In this document: positions 1 through 9,562 of the stretch, piece after piece
How the letters are laid out: each line of letters begins with the position of its first letter
Position numbering within the stretch: the first letter of the stretch is position 1
The notes under the pieces: model-generated
Told to the model about the DNA's origin: nothing
What the model saw: the letters and a program-made list of their open reading frames with translations, nothing else
Databases searched by the model: none
Program-made: the position numbers and the translations under genes
Origin: Nitrosopumilus sp.
GTDB lineage: Bacteria; Desulfobacterota; Binatia; UBA1149; SPBQ01
Direction of reading: 5' to 3'
Assembly: GCA_964225545.1 (NCBI GenBank)
Contig: CAXQPB010000037.1
Coordinates: 1,989-65,988 of the forward strand
DNA length: 64,000 nt

Positions 1-249
1 ATGGGCAGACCGTCGGGTCCTCCAGAGTCTGCAGGCCTCGGTCCCGCCCCACGCGAATCAGCGCCTTCCCCTCACTCGCGACCGGATTGAAGGTGAAGTT
101 CGCGCGGCGGTCCGTTGTGAGCAGAGTGAAGTCAGTCGCCGAGGCGACGCTGCTGAATACAGAACCCGCGGCAAGTGCCGCACACAGGGCGCTTGAGTGG
201 ATCCACGCGCGCCGGTCGGCCGCGCTGCGACTTTCTTTTGTTTTCATCG
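1..249 (-). CDS. Partial CDS for a secreted hypothetical protein; the C-terminal part continues beyond the window start. ATG at 247-249 on the minus strand, then a signal-peptide-like N-terminus (MKTKESRSAADRRAWIHSSALCAALAAGSVFSSVASA...).
   Basis: My own translation of the reverse strand at 1-249. Open to the window edge; GGGGAG Shine-Dalgarno-like sequence upstream. Not in the supplied track because it has no stop inside the window. Confidence 0.3.
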
Positions 250-649
250 GAACAGGCTCCCCTGGGGCCGGAGGCGGACCGATCACACCCCGCAGCCGCC
301 GTCGCCCCGGGTTGTCCGGGCCCCGGGCTCGCTTCTCAGGCCCACGAAAGGCTGACACGCGGGAGCGAATACGTCCAACTTGAATCCGCGGAGCAGGTGC
401 GGGGACATGTGAACCCCCCCCCCCTCTGGCGTCGGGTAAGCCGATGTGATTCAAGCACGCCTCGCAAGGCGAGCCGTTTCCACTGCCGATCCCGCTCCAA
501 CGGGACTCCGGCCTGCGACAGAAAGACGCAGAAACCGCAATTTTGGTGGGTGAAGACGGCACATCGTCTTGCGCACCGGGGGGACCCGGTAGCGAAATCA
601 AAGCAAGACACGGGCGCAGTTTGGAACTGACGCTCGCGCATGGAGTTTC

Positions 650-940
<291 letters not shown>

Positions 941-1004
941 AATCCGAGCCGACCGCGCGCCGTCATCAGCCGGCGTGCGGTCGTTGCTCGTCTTCCGTGC
1001 CGAA

Positions 1005-2456
1005 TCAGGCGGGGATTCCGAAGCGCCTGAGAGCGCTGCGTGCGGCGTGGTAGCCGCACATCCCGTGTACGCCGCCACCCGGCGGCGTTGATGCCGAACA
1101 CAGAAAAAGTCTTGGGTTCGGGGTCGAGTACGGGTCGATACGTGCGACCGGTCGGGTGAACAGCTGCGTCGCGTCCGCGACGCCGCCGGTGATCGCGCCA
1201 CCTACGTAGTTGGGGTTGTATGCCTCGAGATCGCGGCAGTCGGTCCTGCTGCGTGCGAGGATCAGATCACGGAAACCCGGAGCGAAGCGCTCGATCTGAT
1301 CTTCAATTGCATCGGTCATATCGATGTTCGATGCGTGCGGAACGTGACAGTACGCGTAGCCGGTGTGCTTGCCTTCGGGCGCCCGACTCGAATCGAACTG
1401 GCTCTGCTGGACCACGATCAGATAGGGGCGCTCGCTGTGCCGTCCTTGCCACATGGCGGACTCGCTGGCGGCAATCTCGCCGAGAGTTCCCCCGACGTGC
1501 ACGGTTGACGCCTCCAGACACGCCGGGTCCTTCCATGGAATCGGCCCGTCCAGTGCCCAGTCGAGCTTGAACACTCCGGGCCCATAGCGGTAGCGTCGCA
1601 GACGTTTCACATAGCGTGCCGGCAACGACGTTGATGCAATGTCCGCGAGCTGGCGCGGATCGGTGTCAAAAAGAACCACTCGCGAGTCCGGGATGTCGGA
1701 AAGCGACCGCACGCGAACGCCGGTGACGATCTTTCCCCCGAGGTCTTCGAGATGAGCCGCAAGGGCGCGCGTGATCGCGATCGAACCTCCACGCGCGACC
1801 GGCCAGTCTTCCATGTGTCCGGTCAGCGCGAAGATAACCGCAAGCGCCGAGGTCAACGGATGCGAGAGCGGCAGGATCGAGTGTCCGGCACATCCCGCCA
1901 GAAGAGCCCGTGCGCGCTCCTCACGGAAAAGAGCCTGCGCGAGCCATGTTGCCGGCCAGGCGGCGCGCAGTCCGAAGCGAACGAACGCCAGCGGCTCGGA
2001 GGGAAATGCGAGCGGCCCGAGCACGTCGCGAAGCAGCCCCTCGGAGCGCGGAAGCAGAGGCTCGATCAGCCGTCGGTAGGCAGCGCCGTCGCGGCCGAGC
2101 CCGTCGCAGGTCGCGTCGAGCGAGCGACGCAGCATGACCGCCGGTCCGTCATCGAGCGGGTGGGCTATCGACGCCTCAGGCCGGACCCACTCCAGACCGT
2201 GCTTTTCAAGCGGGAGCTCGCGCAGAAACGGCGAGAGGATGCCCATCGGGTGAGCACCCGAGCAGAAATCATGCTGAAAGCCCGGCAGCGTCAGCTCAGC
2301 GGTCCGAGTCCCGCCGCCGATGCTGTCAGCAGCTTCGAGCACAACGACGGAGAGGCCCTCGCGGGCCATCGCAACCGCTGCCGCGAGCCCATTCGGGCCC
2401 GCACCGACGACGACCGCGTCGGCTCCTGCACTCGAGTCGGCGTTGGGCTCGCTCAT
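1005..2456 (-). CDS. FAD/NAD(P)-dependent oxidoreductase, phytoene desaturase (CrtI-like) family.
   Basis: N-terminal dinucleotide-binding motif VVVGAGPNGLAAAVAMAREGLSVVVLEAADSIGGGTRT. Start set at MSEPNADSS (ATG at 2454-2456), which is more plausible than the longer track ORF. Confidence 0.8.
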   Translation of the reverse strand: MSEPNADSSAGADAVVVGAGPNGLAAAVAMAREGLSVVVLEAADSIGGGTRTAELTLPGFQHDFCSGAHPMGILSPFLRELPLEKHGLEWVRPEASIAHPLDDGPAVMLRRSLDATCDGLGRDGAAYRRLIEPLLPRSEGLLRDVLGPLAFPSEPLAFVRFGLRAAWPATWLAQALFREERARALLAGCAGHSILPLSHPLTSALAVIFALTGHMEDWPVARGGSIAITRALAAHLEDLGGKIVTGVRVRSLSDIPDSRVVLFDTDPRQLADIASTSLPARYVKRLRRYRYGPGVFKLDWALDGPIPWKDPACLEASTVHVGGTLGEIAASESAMWQGRHSERPYLIVVQQSQFDSSRAPEGKHTGYAYCHVPHASNIDMTDAIEDQIERFAPGFRDLILARSRTDCRDLEAYNPNYVGGAITGGVADATQLFTRPVARIDPYSTPNPRLFLCSASTPPGGGVHGMCGYHAARSALRRFGIPA

Positions 2457-2690
2457 CGCTTCAACTGATACCCCACGTGGCAGCAGATAGAAACGGCGAG
2501 GACGGTCGGAGCCCCGGTCGGGCCCACGATCGGGCCAACCGGACATGTCGGGCATGGCAGACAAGGCGGGCACGCAATGACAGCCGGGCAACGCGGTCGC
2601 GACATGACTCACGACGGCCGCCCCGCTAGGCTGCCGCCCCGCGTTGTCCGCACGACCAAAGACTGCCTGCCCGGGCGCGCACTCCGAATC

Positions 2691-4385
2691 ATGAGCGACG
2701 AACAGCAAGACCTCCCCCCTTACGACCTGGAGCGCCTGAGGGCGGCAAGCTACCCCGAAAGAATCAGACTGGTCTGCCGGATGTGGCTGTACCAGATCAA
2801 CGCGACCCCGGTACCGATCTACATCGGTTACGTTGTGAAGATCGCCCTGCTCTTCGTCGGCGGCTGGTGGTTCTTCTGTACATTCACGCCGGGGATGGGC
2901 TCACCTGCAGATTTCACGAGTTGGGCCTTTACCTCGATCGCGTTTCAGAAGGCCGTTCTCTGGGCGCTGACCTATGAAGGTCTCGGGTTCGGTTGCTCGA
3001 CCGGACCGATGACGGGACGCTTCATCCCGCCGATCGGAGGGCTGCTCCATTTCCTCAGACCGGCCACCACCAAGCTGCCTTACTTTCCCGGCTTGCCGGT
3101 CATCGGCGGAACCCGTCGCACCGTACTCGATGTGGCGCTGTACGCGGTAATCCAGATTGCAGCGTTTTATGCCCTGACTCGCGCCGAGATCACGCCTGCG
3201 CTGCTGACGCCGATCATCATCCTGCTGCCGATCCTCGGCTTCAGTGACAAGACCGTCTTCCTCGCGACCCGCGGCGAGCATTACTATACGGCGCTGGTCT
3301 GCATATGGTGCATGGCCTCCGGACCGGCATGGATCGCAGGAAGCAAGATGGTCTGGGTCGCGATCTGGTTCTGGGCGGCCACCTCGAAACTCAACGGACA
3401 CTTCCCCGGCGTCATCTGTGTGATGCTGACCAACAGCCCGTTCATTCCGGCGGCCTTTCACCGCAAGCTCTACAAAAACTTCCCGGATGACCTGCGTCCG
3501 TCACGGCTGGCAGCAACGATCGCCCACTTCGGGACGGTCGTCGAGTACACGTTCCCGATGGTCCTGCTGGCGAGCGCCGGCGGCCCGGCCACGCCTTGGG
3601 CGCTGCTCGTGATGGTCTCCTTTCATTCTTTCATCGCGGGCAACTTCCCGATGGGCATGCCGGTCGAGTGGACTGTCGCGATGGTTTACGGCGGATTCTT
3701 CCTGTTCGGCTTCAACGGCGGCATCCCGCTGGCCGCACTCGGCTCGACCCCGCTTTTGCTGATGTTTCTGATCGTGATGGTCGTGTTGATCCCGCTGTAC
3801 GGGAATTTCTATCCGTCCCGCGTGTCGTTCCTGATGTCGATGCGTTACTACGCCGGCAACTGGGCATACAGCGTCTGGCTGTTCCGCAAGGGCTGCGAGC
3901 GAAAACTCGACCGGCTCGTCAAAGCGATCCCACTGCTGCGTGACCAGCTCGAGCGGATCGTGCCCGAACCGGAGATGGTCGACATGGCCATCGCGATGCA
4001 GCCGTCATTCCGGCTGGCGCATCTGCACGGGCGCGTGCTGCACTGGGTTCTTCCGCGCGCGGCCGACGACCTCGATGAATACGAGTGGATGGACGGCGAA
4101 ATGGTCGCAGGCCTCGCGCTCGGATGGAACTTCGGCGACGGCCACCTGCACTTCAGCCAGCTGCTCGAGGCAATTCAGGAGCAGTGTGAGTTCGACGAGG
4201 GCGAGCTGCGAGTGATCATGGTCGAGTCACAGCCGCTGTTCGGCGATGCCAATGCCTGGGTCATCGCGGATGCTGCTCGCGGCGTGATCGACGAAGGTCA
4301 GGTCCCGGTGCAGGACTACATTGAGCTGCAGCCATGGCCCACCGGGGCCCATGCCGAGGCGCTCCTGCCCGACCGGGCGCGCTGA
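2691..4385 (+). CDS. Large polytopic integral membrane protein of unknown function (10 or more predicted TM helices plus a roughly 170 aa soluble C-terminal domain); possibly DUF3556-like.
   Basis: Hydrophobic-segment pattern throughout. Start chosen at MSDEQQDLPPY (ATG 2691), giving a divergent intergenic region with the upstream gene. Confidence 0.6.
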   Translation: MSDEQQDLPPYDLERLRAASYPERIRLVCRMWLYQINATPVPIYIGYVVKIALLFVGGWWFFCTFTPGMGSPADFTSWAFTSIAFQKAVLWALTYEGLGFGCSTGPMTGRFIPPIGGLLHFLRPATTKLPYFPGLPVIGGTRRTVLDVALYAVIQIAAFYALTRAEITPALLTPIIILLPILGFSDKTVFLATRGEHYYTALVCIWCMASGPAWIAGSKMVWVAIWFWAATSKLNGHFPGVICVMLTNSPFIPAAFHRKLYKNFPDDLRPSRLAATIAHFGTVVEYTFPMVLLASAGGPATPWALLVMVSFHSFIAGNFPMGMPVEWTVAMVYGGFFLFGFNGGIPLAALGSTPLLLMFLIVMVVLIPLYGNFYPSRVSFLMSMRYYAGNWAYSVWLFRKGCERKLDRLVKAIPLLRDQLERIVPEPEMVDMAIAMQPSFRLAHLHGRVLHWVLPRAADDLDEYEWMDGEMVAGLALGWNFGDGHLHFSQLLEAIQEQCEFDEGELRVIMVESQPLFGDANAWVIADAARGVIDEGQVPVQDYIELQPWPTGAHAEALLPDRAR

Positions 4386-4388
4386 CGA

Positions 4389-6569
4389 TTACTCGGCGCA
4401 GGGAGTGACGCGCACGGGGATGTCGCTCATGCGCGGCAGCCCCGTGAACCGGTCATAGTCACGGTCTACGGGCGTGAGACGTCCGGTGTTCGAACCGATC
4501 TCGCGCAAGCGACCGTCCTGCTCCGGCACGTCGCCGAACGAGTGCGACATCGATACCAACCCCTCGCGGACCGTCGGGTCACTCTCGACGATACCGAAAA
4601 TTGCCGCGTGGTCGGACGCGATCTCGACGCGATCGCCGCTGCTCAGTCCGAGCCGCTTCAGGTCGTTGGGATTCATGTACGCGGGATTGTATGCGCGCCT
4701 GCGACGCAGCCTGGGCAGATCCCGCCCGGAGGAATTGTACGCGGTCATCAAACGCCGCGAGATCAGCCGGTAGGGGTAGCCGTCGCCGTCCATCTCGCGG
4801 CGCGCCTCTCGGGCCAGCAAACCTAGCTCGTTCATCATGTCGGCGTTACCGATATCGAGCCGCCCTTCCCAGCCGTCGTCTTTCGGCTCGACTCGGACAT
4901 CGTGATCGCGAAACACCGCTCCGCCGGGGTGGCGGCGCACCTCATCGAGAGGAACGCGCGATCCGCGCGCGAGCACCTCGCACAGCTCAGCCGTGGTCGG
5001 CTTGTGCGCGTAGTCGAACGTCACCGGCTCGCCTCGGGCCGGTCCGGTCAGTGAGACCGGTTTGAACTGGATCTCCAGGCCCATCCGCTTGCCGGTCTCG
5101 TAGAACAGTTCCCAGTCCTCGACGACGTCGGCTCCCTCCGGCGGGTCGAGCAGCGGGTCGGCATAGTGACCGTAGGATTCCGGATAACCGAACCCCTGGC
5201 TGTACATCGACAGGAAGTCCTGCATCAACGTCATCCCGGTCATTTCGAGCGGAACGGTCGACGCAATGACGTAGTCGGCCATGCGGGCAGTCGCGGACAT
5301 CTTCACATCGATCTGTACGAGCAGATCGAGCTTCCTCATCGCCTCGATGGTCCGCAACTGGTCCGGCCACGCAGCAACCGGATTGCCGCCGATCGAAACG
5401 AGCGCGCGAACCCTTCCTTCGCCTTCGGTCAGGATTTCGTCGGCCAGCGCGGCAGTCGGCATTCCGGCGGCGGTGTTCGCCAGTCCCCGGACGCGCAACT
5501 GCTCTCCGAAGCCGTACGCGCGATACGGTCCGAACGCCTGCGCCTTCGCGAAAAACTGCGGGACCAGCGTCCCGGGATTGAGCACACGCTCGCCCTCGCG
5601 CATCCAGCGTCCGCAGACCGTGTTCAGGCACAGCAGGAGATACTCGAACAGCGTGCCGTGTCCGGCCATGTTCGGGCCGGTTCCAGCACTCGCCGTGCCG
5701 CGACCCGCCGCTGCGAATCGCGTGGCGGCGTCTGCAATCTCTTCGGCGGTGATCCCTGCCCGCGCAGCCGCCTCGTGCGCGGTGAATGGCTTCACCGCAG
5801 CGCGCAGATCTTCGAGTCCGTCGACATTGGCGGCGAGGAACGAGCGGTCCTCGAGTCCCTCATCGAGGATGACCCGAAGCATCGCTGCGAGGATCGCGGC
5901 GTCATGCCCGGGCCTCGGTTGCAGGTGAAGGGTGGCCCTGGACGCCAGCTCTGTACGCCGCGGATCGATCACGATGAGCTCCATCCCGCGCTCGAGAGCT
6001 TCGGTAAGGAAGCGGCCGGGATTGCCCTGCGGGATGCCGCCCGACATCGCGACCAGCGGATTGGCACCAACGAGGAGCGCGACACTGGACGTGCTGAACG
6101 GCTGGAAAGGCGCCATCCACATTCCGTGCAGCGCCTGAGCGACAGCCTTGCCGGGCTGGTCGATGGTGTTCGAGTTGAAGGCCATCCGCGAGCGCAGCGC
6201 CTTCATCCACGCCGTTGCCATCGCGCCGGTCGCAGGGTTGGCTACGCTGAAGGTCCCTGCGTAGGTCGCGATCGCGCGAGGCCCGTACTTTTCACGGATC
6301 GCCTGCAGCTTCTCGGCGATCTCGTCGAACGCGACCCGCGAGGCGATCGGGCGGTGCGCCCCATCCGCCTCTCGCTTCATCGAAGTCAGCAGCCTGTCGG
6401 GATGTTCGCGTGCCTCGAGAAGCTGCTGCCCCTTCACGCAGATGAACCCCTGGTAGATCGGGTCGGCTGCGTTGCCTCTGACGCGCACGGGCTTTTCGTC
6501 CTCGAAATCGACGAGGACACTGCATGCGTTGAAACAGAATCGGCAGATGGTCGGTCGTGATTCCACCAC
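4389..6569 (-). CDS. Molybdopterin-dependent oxidoreductase catalytic subunit (MopB superfamily; formate-dehydrogenase-like / anaerobic dehydrogenase-like, substrate unknown).
   Basis: N-terminal CxxCxxxC...C [4Fe-4S] motif (ICRFCFNACSV...GFICVKG) and molybdopterin oxidoreductase domain architecture. GTG start. Paralog of the gene at 45369..47759. Confidence 0.8.
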   Translation of the reverse strand: MVESRPTICRFCFNACSVLVDFEDEKPVRVRGNAADPIYQGFICVKGQQLLEAREHPDRLLTSMKREADGAHRPIASRVAFDEIAEKLQAIREKYGPRAIATYAGTFSVANPATGAMATAWMKALRSRMAFNSNTIDQPGKAVAQALHGMWMAPFQPFSTSSVALLVGANPLVAMSGGIPQGNPGRFLTEALERGMELIVIDPRRTELASRATLHLQPRPGHDAAILAAMLRVILDEGLEDRSFLAANVDGLEDLRAAVKPFTAHEAAARAGITAEEIADAATRFAAAGRGTASAGTGPNMAGHGTLFEYLLLCLNTVCGRWMREGERVLNPGTLVPQFFAKAQAFGPYRAYGFGEQLRVRGLANTAAGMPTAALADEILTEGEGRVRALVSIGGNPVAAWPDQLRTIEAMRKLDLLVQIDVKMSATARMADYVIASTVPLEMTGMTLMQDFLSMYSQGFGYPESYGHYADPLLDPPEGADVVEDWELFYETGKRMGLEIQFKPVSLTGPARGEPVTFDYAHKPTTAELCEVLARGSRVPLDEVRRHPGGAVFRDHDVRVEPKDDGWEGRLDIGNADMMNELGLLAREARREMDGDGYPYRLISRRLMTAYNSSGRDLPRLRRRRAYNPAYMNPNDLKRLGLSSGDRVEIASDHAAIFGIVESDPTVREGLVSMSHSFGDVPEQDGRLREIGSNTGRLTPVDRDYDRFTGLPRMSDIPVRVTPCAE

Positions 6570-6575
6570 GAGTGA

Positions 6576-7061
6576 TCAGGGCTCCCAGCCGAAAAGGCGG
6601 ACAGGTTTTTTCGGGGGCGAGTGAAGCCGGCGTGAAGGTTTCCAACCGCTTTCTTTCATGACCTCGAAGACGTGGACCATGTTGAGCAGGTCCTGTTCGA
6701 AGGAAAACTTTCCGTCTCCGGCGTAAATCATCCTCGACACGCCCGGAGCCTGCCAGTAGCCGCCATCTTCACGTCGACCCGGCAGGCGGTTCTGCCAGCC
6801 GATCGTCAATCGGTCTCCATCGACGAATTCCCACTCGTGGGGGAACGTCCAGTCCTCGAGCCCTTCCATGCTTTCAATAAAGAATTTGCGGATGTTCTCG
6901 CGCCCCTCGACGCGTCCCCAAGCCGGATCGACGAAGACAGCGTCTTCGGTGAAAAACTGGGCCAGCGCATCCCAACCGAGCTCATGCGACTCGATCTGCC
7001 CGCGCACCTCGAGGTAGCGGCGCAACGTTTCAAGCACTTCCCGTTCGTCATGTTCTGCCAA
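6576..7061 (-). CDS. NTF2-like / SnoaL-like small protein (likely polyketide-cyclase-like or limonene-epoxide-hydrolase-like fold).
   Basis: About 160 aa; composition and motifs typical of SnoaL-like NTF2 superfamily proteins. Immediately upstream of the Mo-enzyme gene on the same strand. Confidence 0.55.
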   Translation of the reverse strand: MAEHDEREVLETLRRYLEVRGQIESHELGWDALAQFFTEDAVFVDPAWGRVEGRENIRKFFIESMEGLEDWTFPHEWEFVDGDRLTIGWQNRLPGRREDGGYWQAPGVSRMIYAGDGKFSFEQDLLNMVHVFEVMKESGWKPSRRLHSPPKKPVRLFGWEP

Positions 7062-7101
7062 CGATCAGTCCCCCTGCCCTCTGGGCTCAGCGAAGCTCGG
7101 A

Positions 7102-8163
7102 TCAACCACGCAGCCGCGCGTGCGCACGTCCGCATGTGAATGGTAAGTCCAGATATGTCCTGATTCCGGGTTCGGCCTGACAGACTACCGGCACCGCGTT
7201 CACACAGTGCATCGCGGTCGCGATCAGACCCGGATTCTCGCGCAATCCCGATTCGATGTCGTGGGGGTGCAACCCCTTGAAGTGAACCTCCATTGCCGGC
7301 TCACCGCGCACCTCGATCTCAAAACGCTCGCCTTCCACTCCGAAGGACCAGGGAGGATCGAGGTTTTCCTCGCCCATCAGCCAGTTCACGCGGACCGTGA
7401 TTACCGGCTCGCCGTTGACGAGGCCTTCCCACGTGAAGCGTTGCGCCGCGACGGTTCCCTTCTCGAGAACGCCGAACGGTGCCTCGATCGGCGCGGTCGC
7501 GACTGCCATCTCGTGGGTCGGTCGCGGCGGACCGTCGAGTCTGATTCCGAGTGCATGGGCGACCATATCGATGGACTGACAGAACCCCTGCCCCAGCAGA
7601 TCTGTCATGGGGCTCGAGCGTGCATGTTCGACGGTCTTCCCGAAGAGCATGACTTCCCGCACAACAAACTCCGCTGCGTACGAACGAATGTCGGAGAATT
7701 CCTCTGCCCGGACATGCTCGACGTCTCGACAGAGGTTGGAGATCATCAGCGGGAAGCGCTCGGTGATGCCGCCAGGGTGGATTCCGGTTCCGTGCAGGGT
7801 GACCCCTGCGCTCTTGCAGGCGGCATCGATCTCGCGAGCTCCGTCCACTGAAGCGGGGAAAAACCAGCCCAGCGGCGTCACCACGTTCTTGCCGGCATCG
7901 ATGATCCGCCGAACCTCAGCCGGGTCGGCCAGCAGCGGGGTATAGATGACGCAGTCCGCGTCCGAGGCCAGCAAACCCTCTACATCGCGGGTGGCGGCGA
8001 CCCCGACCGGGCCTACCCCGCAGATCTCACCAACGTCGAGGCCGTCTTTGGCCTCCCCATGGACCCAGCAGCCCGCCAGTTCGAGGTCCGGGTGGGCCAG
8101 AACCCCCCGAATGGCCTGTTTTCCAACGTTTCCGGTTGCCCACTGGATCACGCGATGAGGCAT
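7102..8163 (-). CDS. NAD(P)-binding protein of the dihydrodipicolinate reductase (DapB)-like N-terminal domain family.
   Basis: MPHRVIQWATGNVGKQAIRGV... Rossmann motif typical of DapB-like / amine dehydrogenase-like enzymes. Paralog at 12545..13618. Confidence 0.65.
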   Translation of the reverse strand: MPHRVIQWATGNVGKQAIRGVLAHPDLELAGCWVHGEAKDGLDVGEICGVGPVGVAATRDVEGLLASDADCVIYTPLLADPAEVRRIIDAGKNVVTPLGWFFPASVDGAREIDAACKSAGVTLHGTGIHPGGITERFPLMISNLCRDVEHVRAEEFSDIRSYAAEFVVREVMLFGKTVEHARSSPMTDLLGQGFCQSIDMVAHALGIRLDGPPRPTHEMAVATAPIEAPFGVLEKGTVAAQRFTWEGLVNGEPVITVRVNWLMGEENLDPPWSFGVEGERFEIEVRGEPAMEVHFKGLHPHDIESGLRENPGLIATAMHCVNAVPVVCQAEPGIRTYLDLPFTCGRAHARLRG

Positions 8164-8242
8164 CAGAACCGATTATTCGCATGCCGGGGGTAACGGAAGA
8201 TCAGTGCGCCCGCCCGCCGTCAGCTTTTGTCCAGTATAAAAC

Positions 8243-8272
8243 TTGACACGCGGCGGCACAGGCGTAGATTAT
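8243..8272 (+). promoter_or_regulatory. Candidate sigma70-type promoter for the gene starting at 8333: TTGACA(8243-8248), a 16-17 nt spacer, then TAGATT/GATTAT.
   Basis: Near-consensus -35 and plausible -10 about 60 nt upstream of an AAGGAG RBS and ATG. Found by inspection only. Confidence 0.35.
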
Positions 8273-8332
8273 AAACAGGTAGCGATGCCTCGGGCCCGCT
8301 CAAGATTCGGGGCATCGCGAAGGAGATACCAG

Positions 8333-8770
8333 ATGGCAATGGAAACACCTGACATTTTCGGCCCTGCACTGGTCATGCCGGAGCAGTTCTTCGGAGCGGA
8401 CGAGTCCCTCTCGGCCGTGAGCGGGGAACGGCGTCTGATGCTGGCTGTGCTGGAAGATGCGGTTTTCTGCTACCAGAGCTACGCGCTTTCCCGCGACGCT
8501 CGACGTAAATTCGAATTCTCGGAGGCCAAAAGCTGGATCGAGAATGACGATCGGGATTGGCCGTTCTCCTTCGAAAACATCTGCGCGGTATTGGGGTTCG
8601 ACCCCGAGTGCCTCCGCAGCGGCCTGCGCGAGCAGATCGGCGCGTCGAACCGACTCGAACGTTCGAGGATCGACCCGCACATCATGCCCCTGGAGGCACG
8701 ACGACGGCAGATGGCGCTGCAGACGGCGGCAGAGGAACGAGAACATCTTCAACAAGATGTCGCTGCCTGA
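8333..8770 (+). CDS. Hypothetical protein (about 145 aa), no recognisable domain.
   Basis: ORF with a strong RBS (AAGGAG, 8320-8325) and ATG at 8333 (MAMETPDIFGPALV...). The longer track ORF from 8243 would overlap the promoter-like region. Confidence 0.5.
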   Translation: MAMETPDIFGPALVMPEQFFGADESLSAVSGERRLMLAVLEDAVFCYQSYALSRDARRKFEFSEAKSWIENDDRDWPFSFENICAVLGFDPECLRSGLREQIGASNRLERSRIDPHIMPLEARRRQMALQTAAEEREHLQQDVAA

Positions 8771-8833
8771 TCTGTCTGCCTGAGACCTTCTGAAGAGTTG
8801 CCGGCGAGGAAACTGCCGGCGCGAAACGAGCGA

Positions 8834-8871
8834 CGCCCCGACACCCGGGAGAGAGTTTGGGTATCGGGGCG
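8834..8871. terminator. GC-rich hairpin (13 bp stem, 1 mismatch, 12 nt loop) between convergent genes; candidate bidirectional intrinsic terminator without a U-tract.
   Basis: cgccccgacaccc ... gggtatcggggcg inverted repeat seen directly. Confidence 0.3.
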
Positions 8872-8896
8872 CCGACGTGGTGGTGAAGCCGAAGCG

Positions 8897-9562
8897 TCAG
8901 TTGCGGACGACGCGTACTTCCATGCGGGTCTTGATCATCGGCCCGCTGAAACTTCTCGGGTTAAGCCTCAGTTCGAACTTGTAAGTCTTCAACTGCTCCG
9001 GATCGAAGGACGGTCCGGCGAAGACAGGATTCTGCGCGGTCTGGAACAGCGTGGTGTTTCCTGGCAGCAGGAACAGATCGCTGAGGTCGATCGTCCTCAT
9101 TCTTCCCGAAACATTCGTTCTCAACTCGAACTCGTAATCCGCCAGGGCGGTTCCGGCGGCTTGGCCGTGTGCCTGCCCGAGGTCGAGATGCAGGTCGAAG
9201 TTCCATGTCGCGCGTCCAAGTGCGTCTGATGTTCCTGCGTCAGCAATGTAAATCCCCTTGTGTCCTTGCTTCACATTCGGTAGCGGGTCGATGTGTTGAG
9301 TGAAACGTCGCTCAGCCCGAAGGCCGATCTCGACGCCGTTTACGCTGGTGACCACAAAGTCACCATTCACCTGTCCCGATCCACCGATCGGGAAGATGCC
9401 GTTGAGCGGGTCCGTTGGAACGCTGGAATCCCAGACGCTCACGTGGGCTCCGAACCTGGTGTCCGATGCCGATGCCGGCAGTGTCACAACAAGCGCCACT
9501 ACCATCCACGCTATGAGAACCGTTTTCTTCAAATCGCGATCTCCCTGTCTGTTGCCGGCCAT
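8897..9562 (-). CDS. Secreted hypothetical protein (signal peptide KKTVLIAWMVVALVVTLPASA).
   Basis: Start set at MAGNRQGDRDLKK (ATG 9560-9562), immediately preceding a classical signal peptide. No known domain recognised. Confidence 0.55.
   Translation of the reverse strand: MAGNRQGDRDLKKTVLIAWMVVALVVTLPASASDTRFGAHVSVWDSSVPTDPLNGIFPIGGSGQVNGDFVVTSVNGVEIGLRAERRFTQHIDPLPNVKQGHKGIYIADAGTSDALGRATWNFDLHLDLGQAHGQAAGTALADYEFELRTNVSGRMRTIDLSDLFLLPGNTTLFQTAQNPVFAGPSFDPEQLKTYKFELRLNPRSFSGPMIKTRMEVRVVRN

Noticed and set aside
1040-1059. A 7 bp GC hairpin (GTGCGGC-N6-GCCGCAC) downstream of RRM gene 1.
   Set aside because: It lies about 35 nt inside the 3' end of the convergent CDS 1005..2456 and has no U-tract. 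I do not call it a terminator.
5166-6560. Long antisense ORFs opposite real genes: 5166..6560+, 18455..20341+, 22502..23734+, 33019..33813+, 35405..37081-, 49514..51163+, 51346..52473+, 59161..60312-, among others.
   Set aside because: They are Arg/Pro/Gly-rich and low-complexity, have no recognisable domains, and each lies fully inside a well-supported gene on the other strand. Such ORFs are the expected stop-codon-poor artefacts of 65-70% GC DNA.
6567-6581. The TGA ending the SnoaL-like gene (6576-6578) is in frame with, and only 2 codons from, the Mo-oxidoreductase GTG start. I considered a Sec readthrough fusion.
   Set aside because: No SECIS-like structure follows. Known Sec-containing MopB enzymes carry U near residue 140, not at the N-terminus. 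A two-gene operon with a short spacer is the simpler reading.
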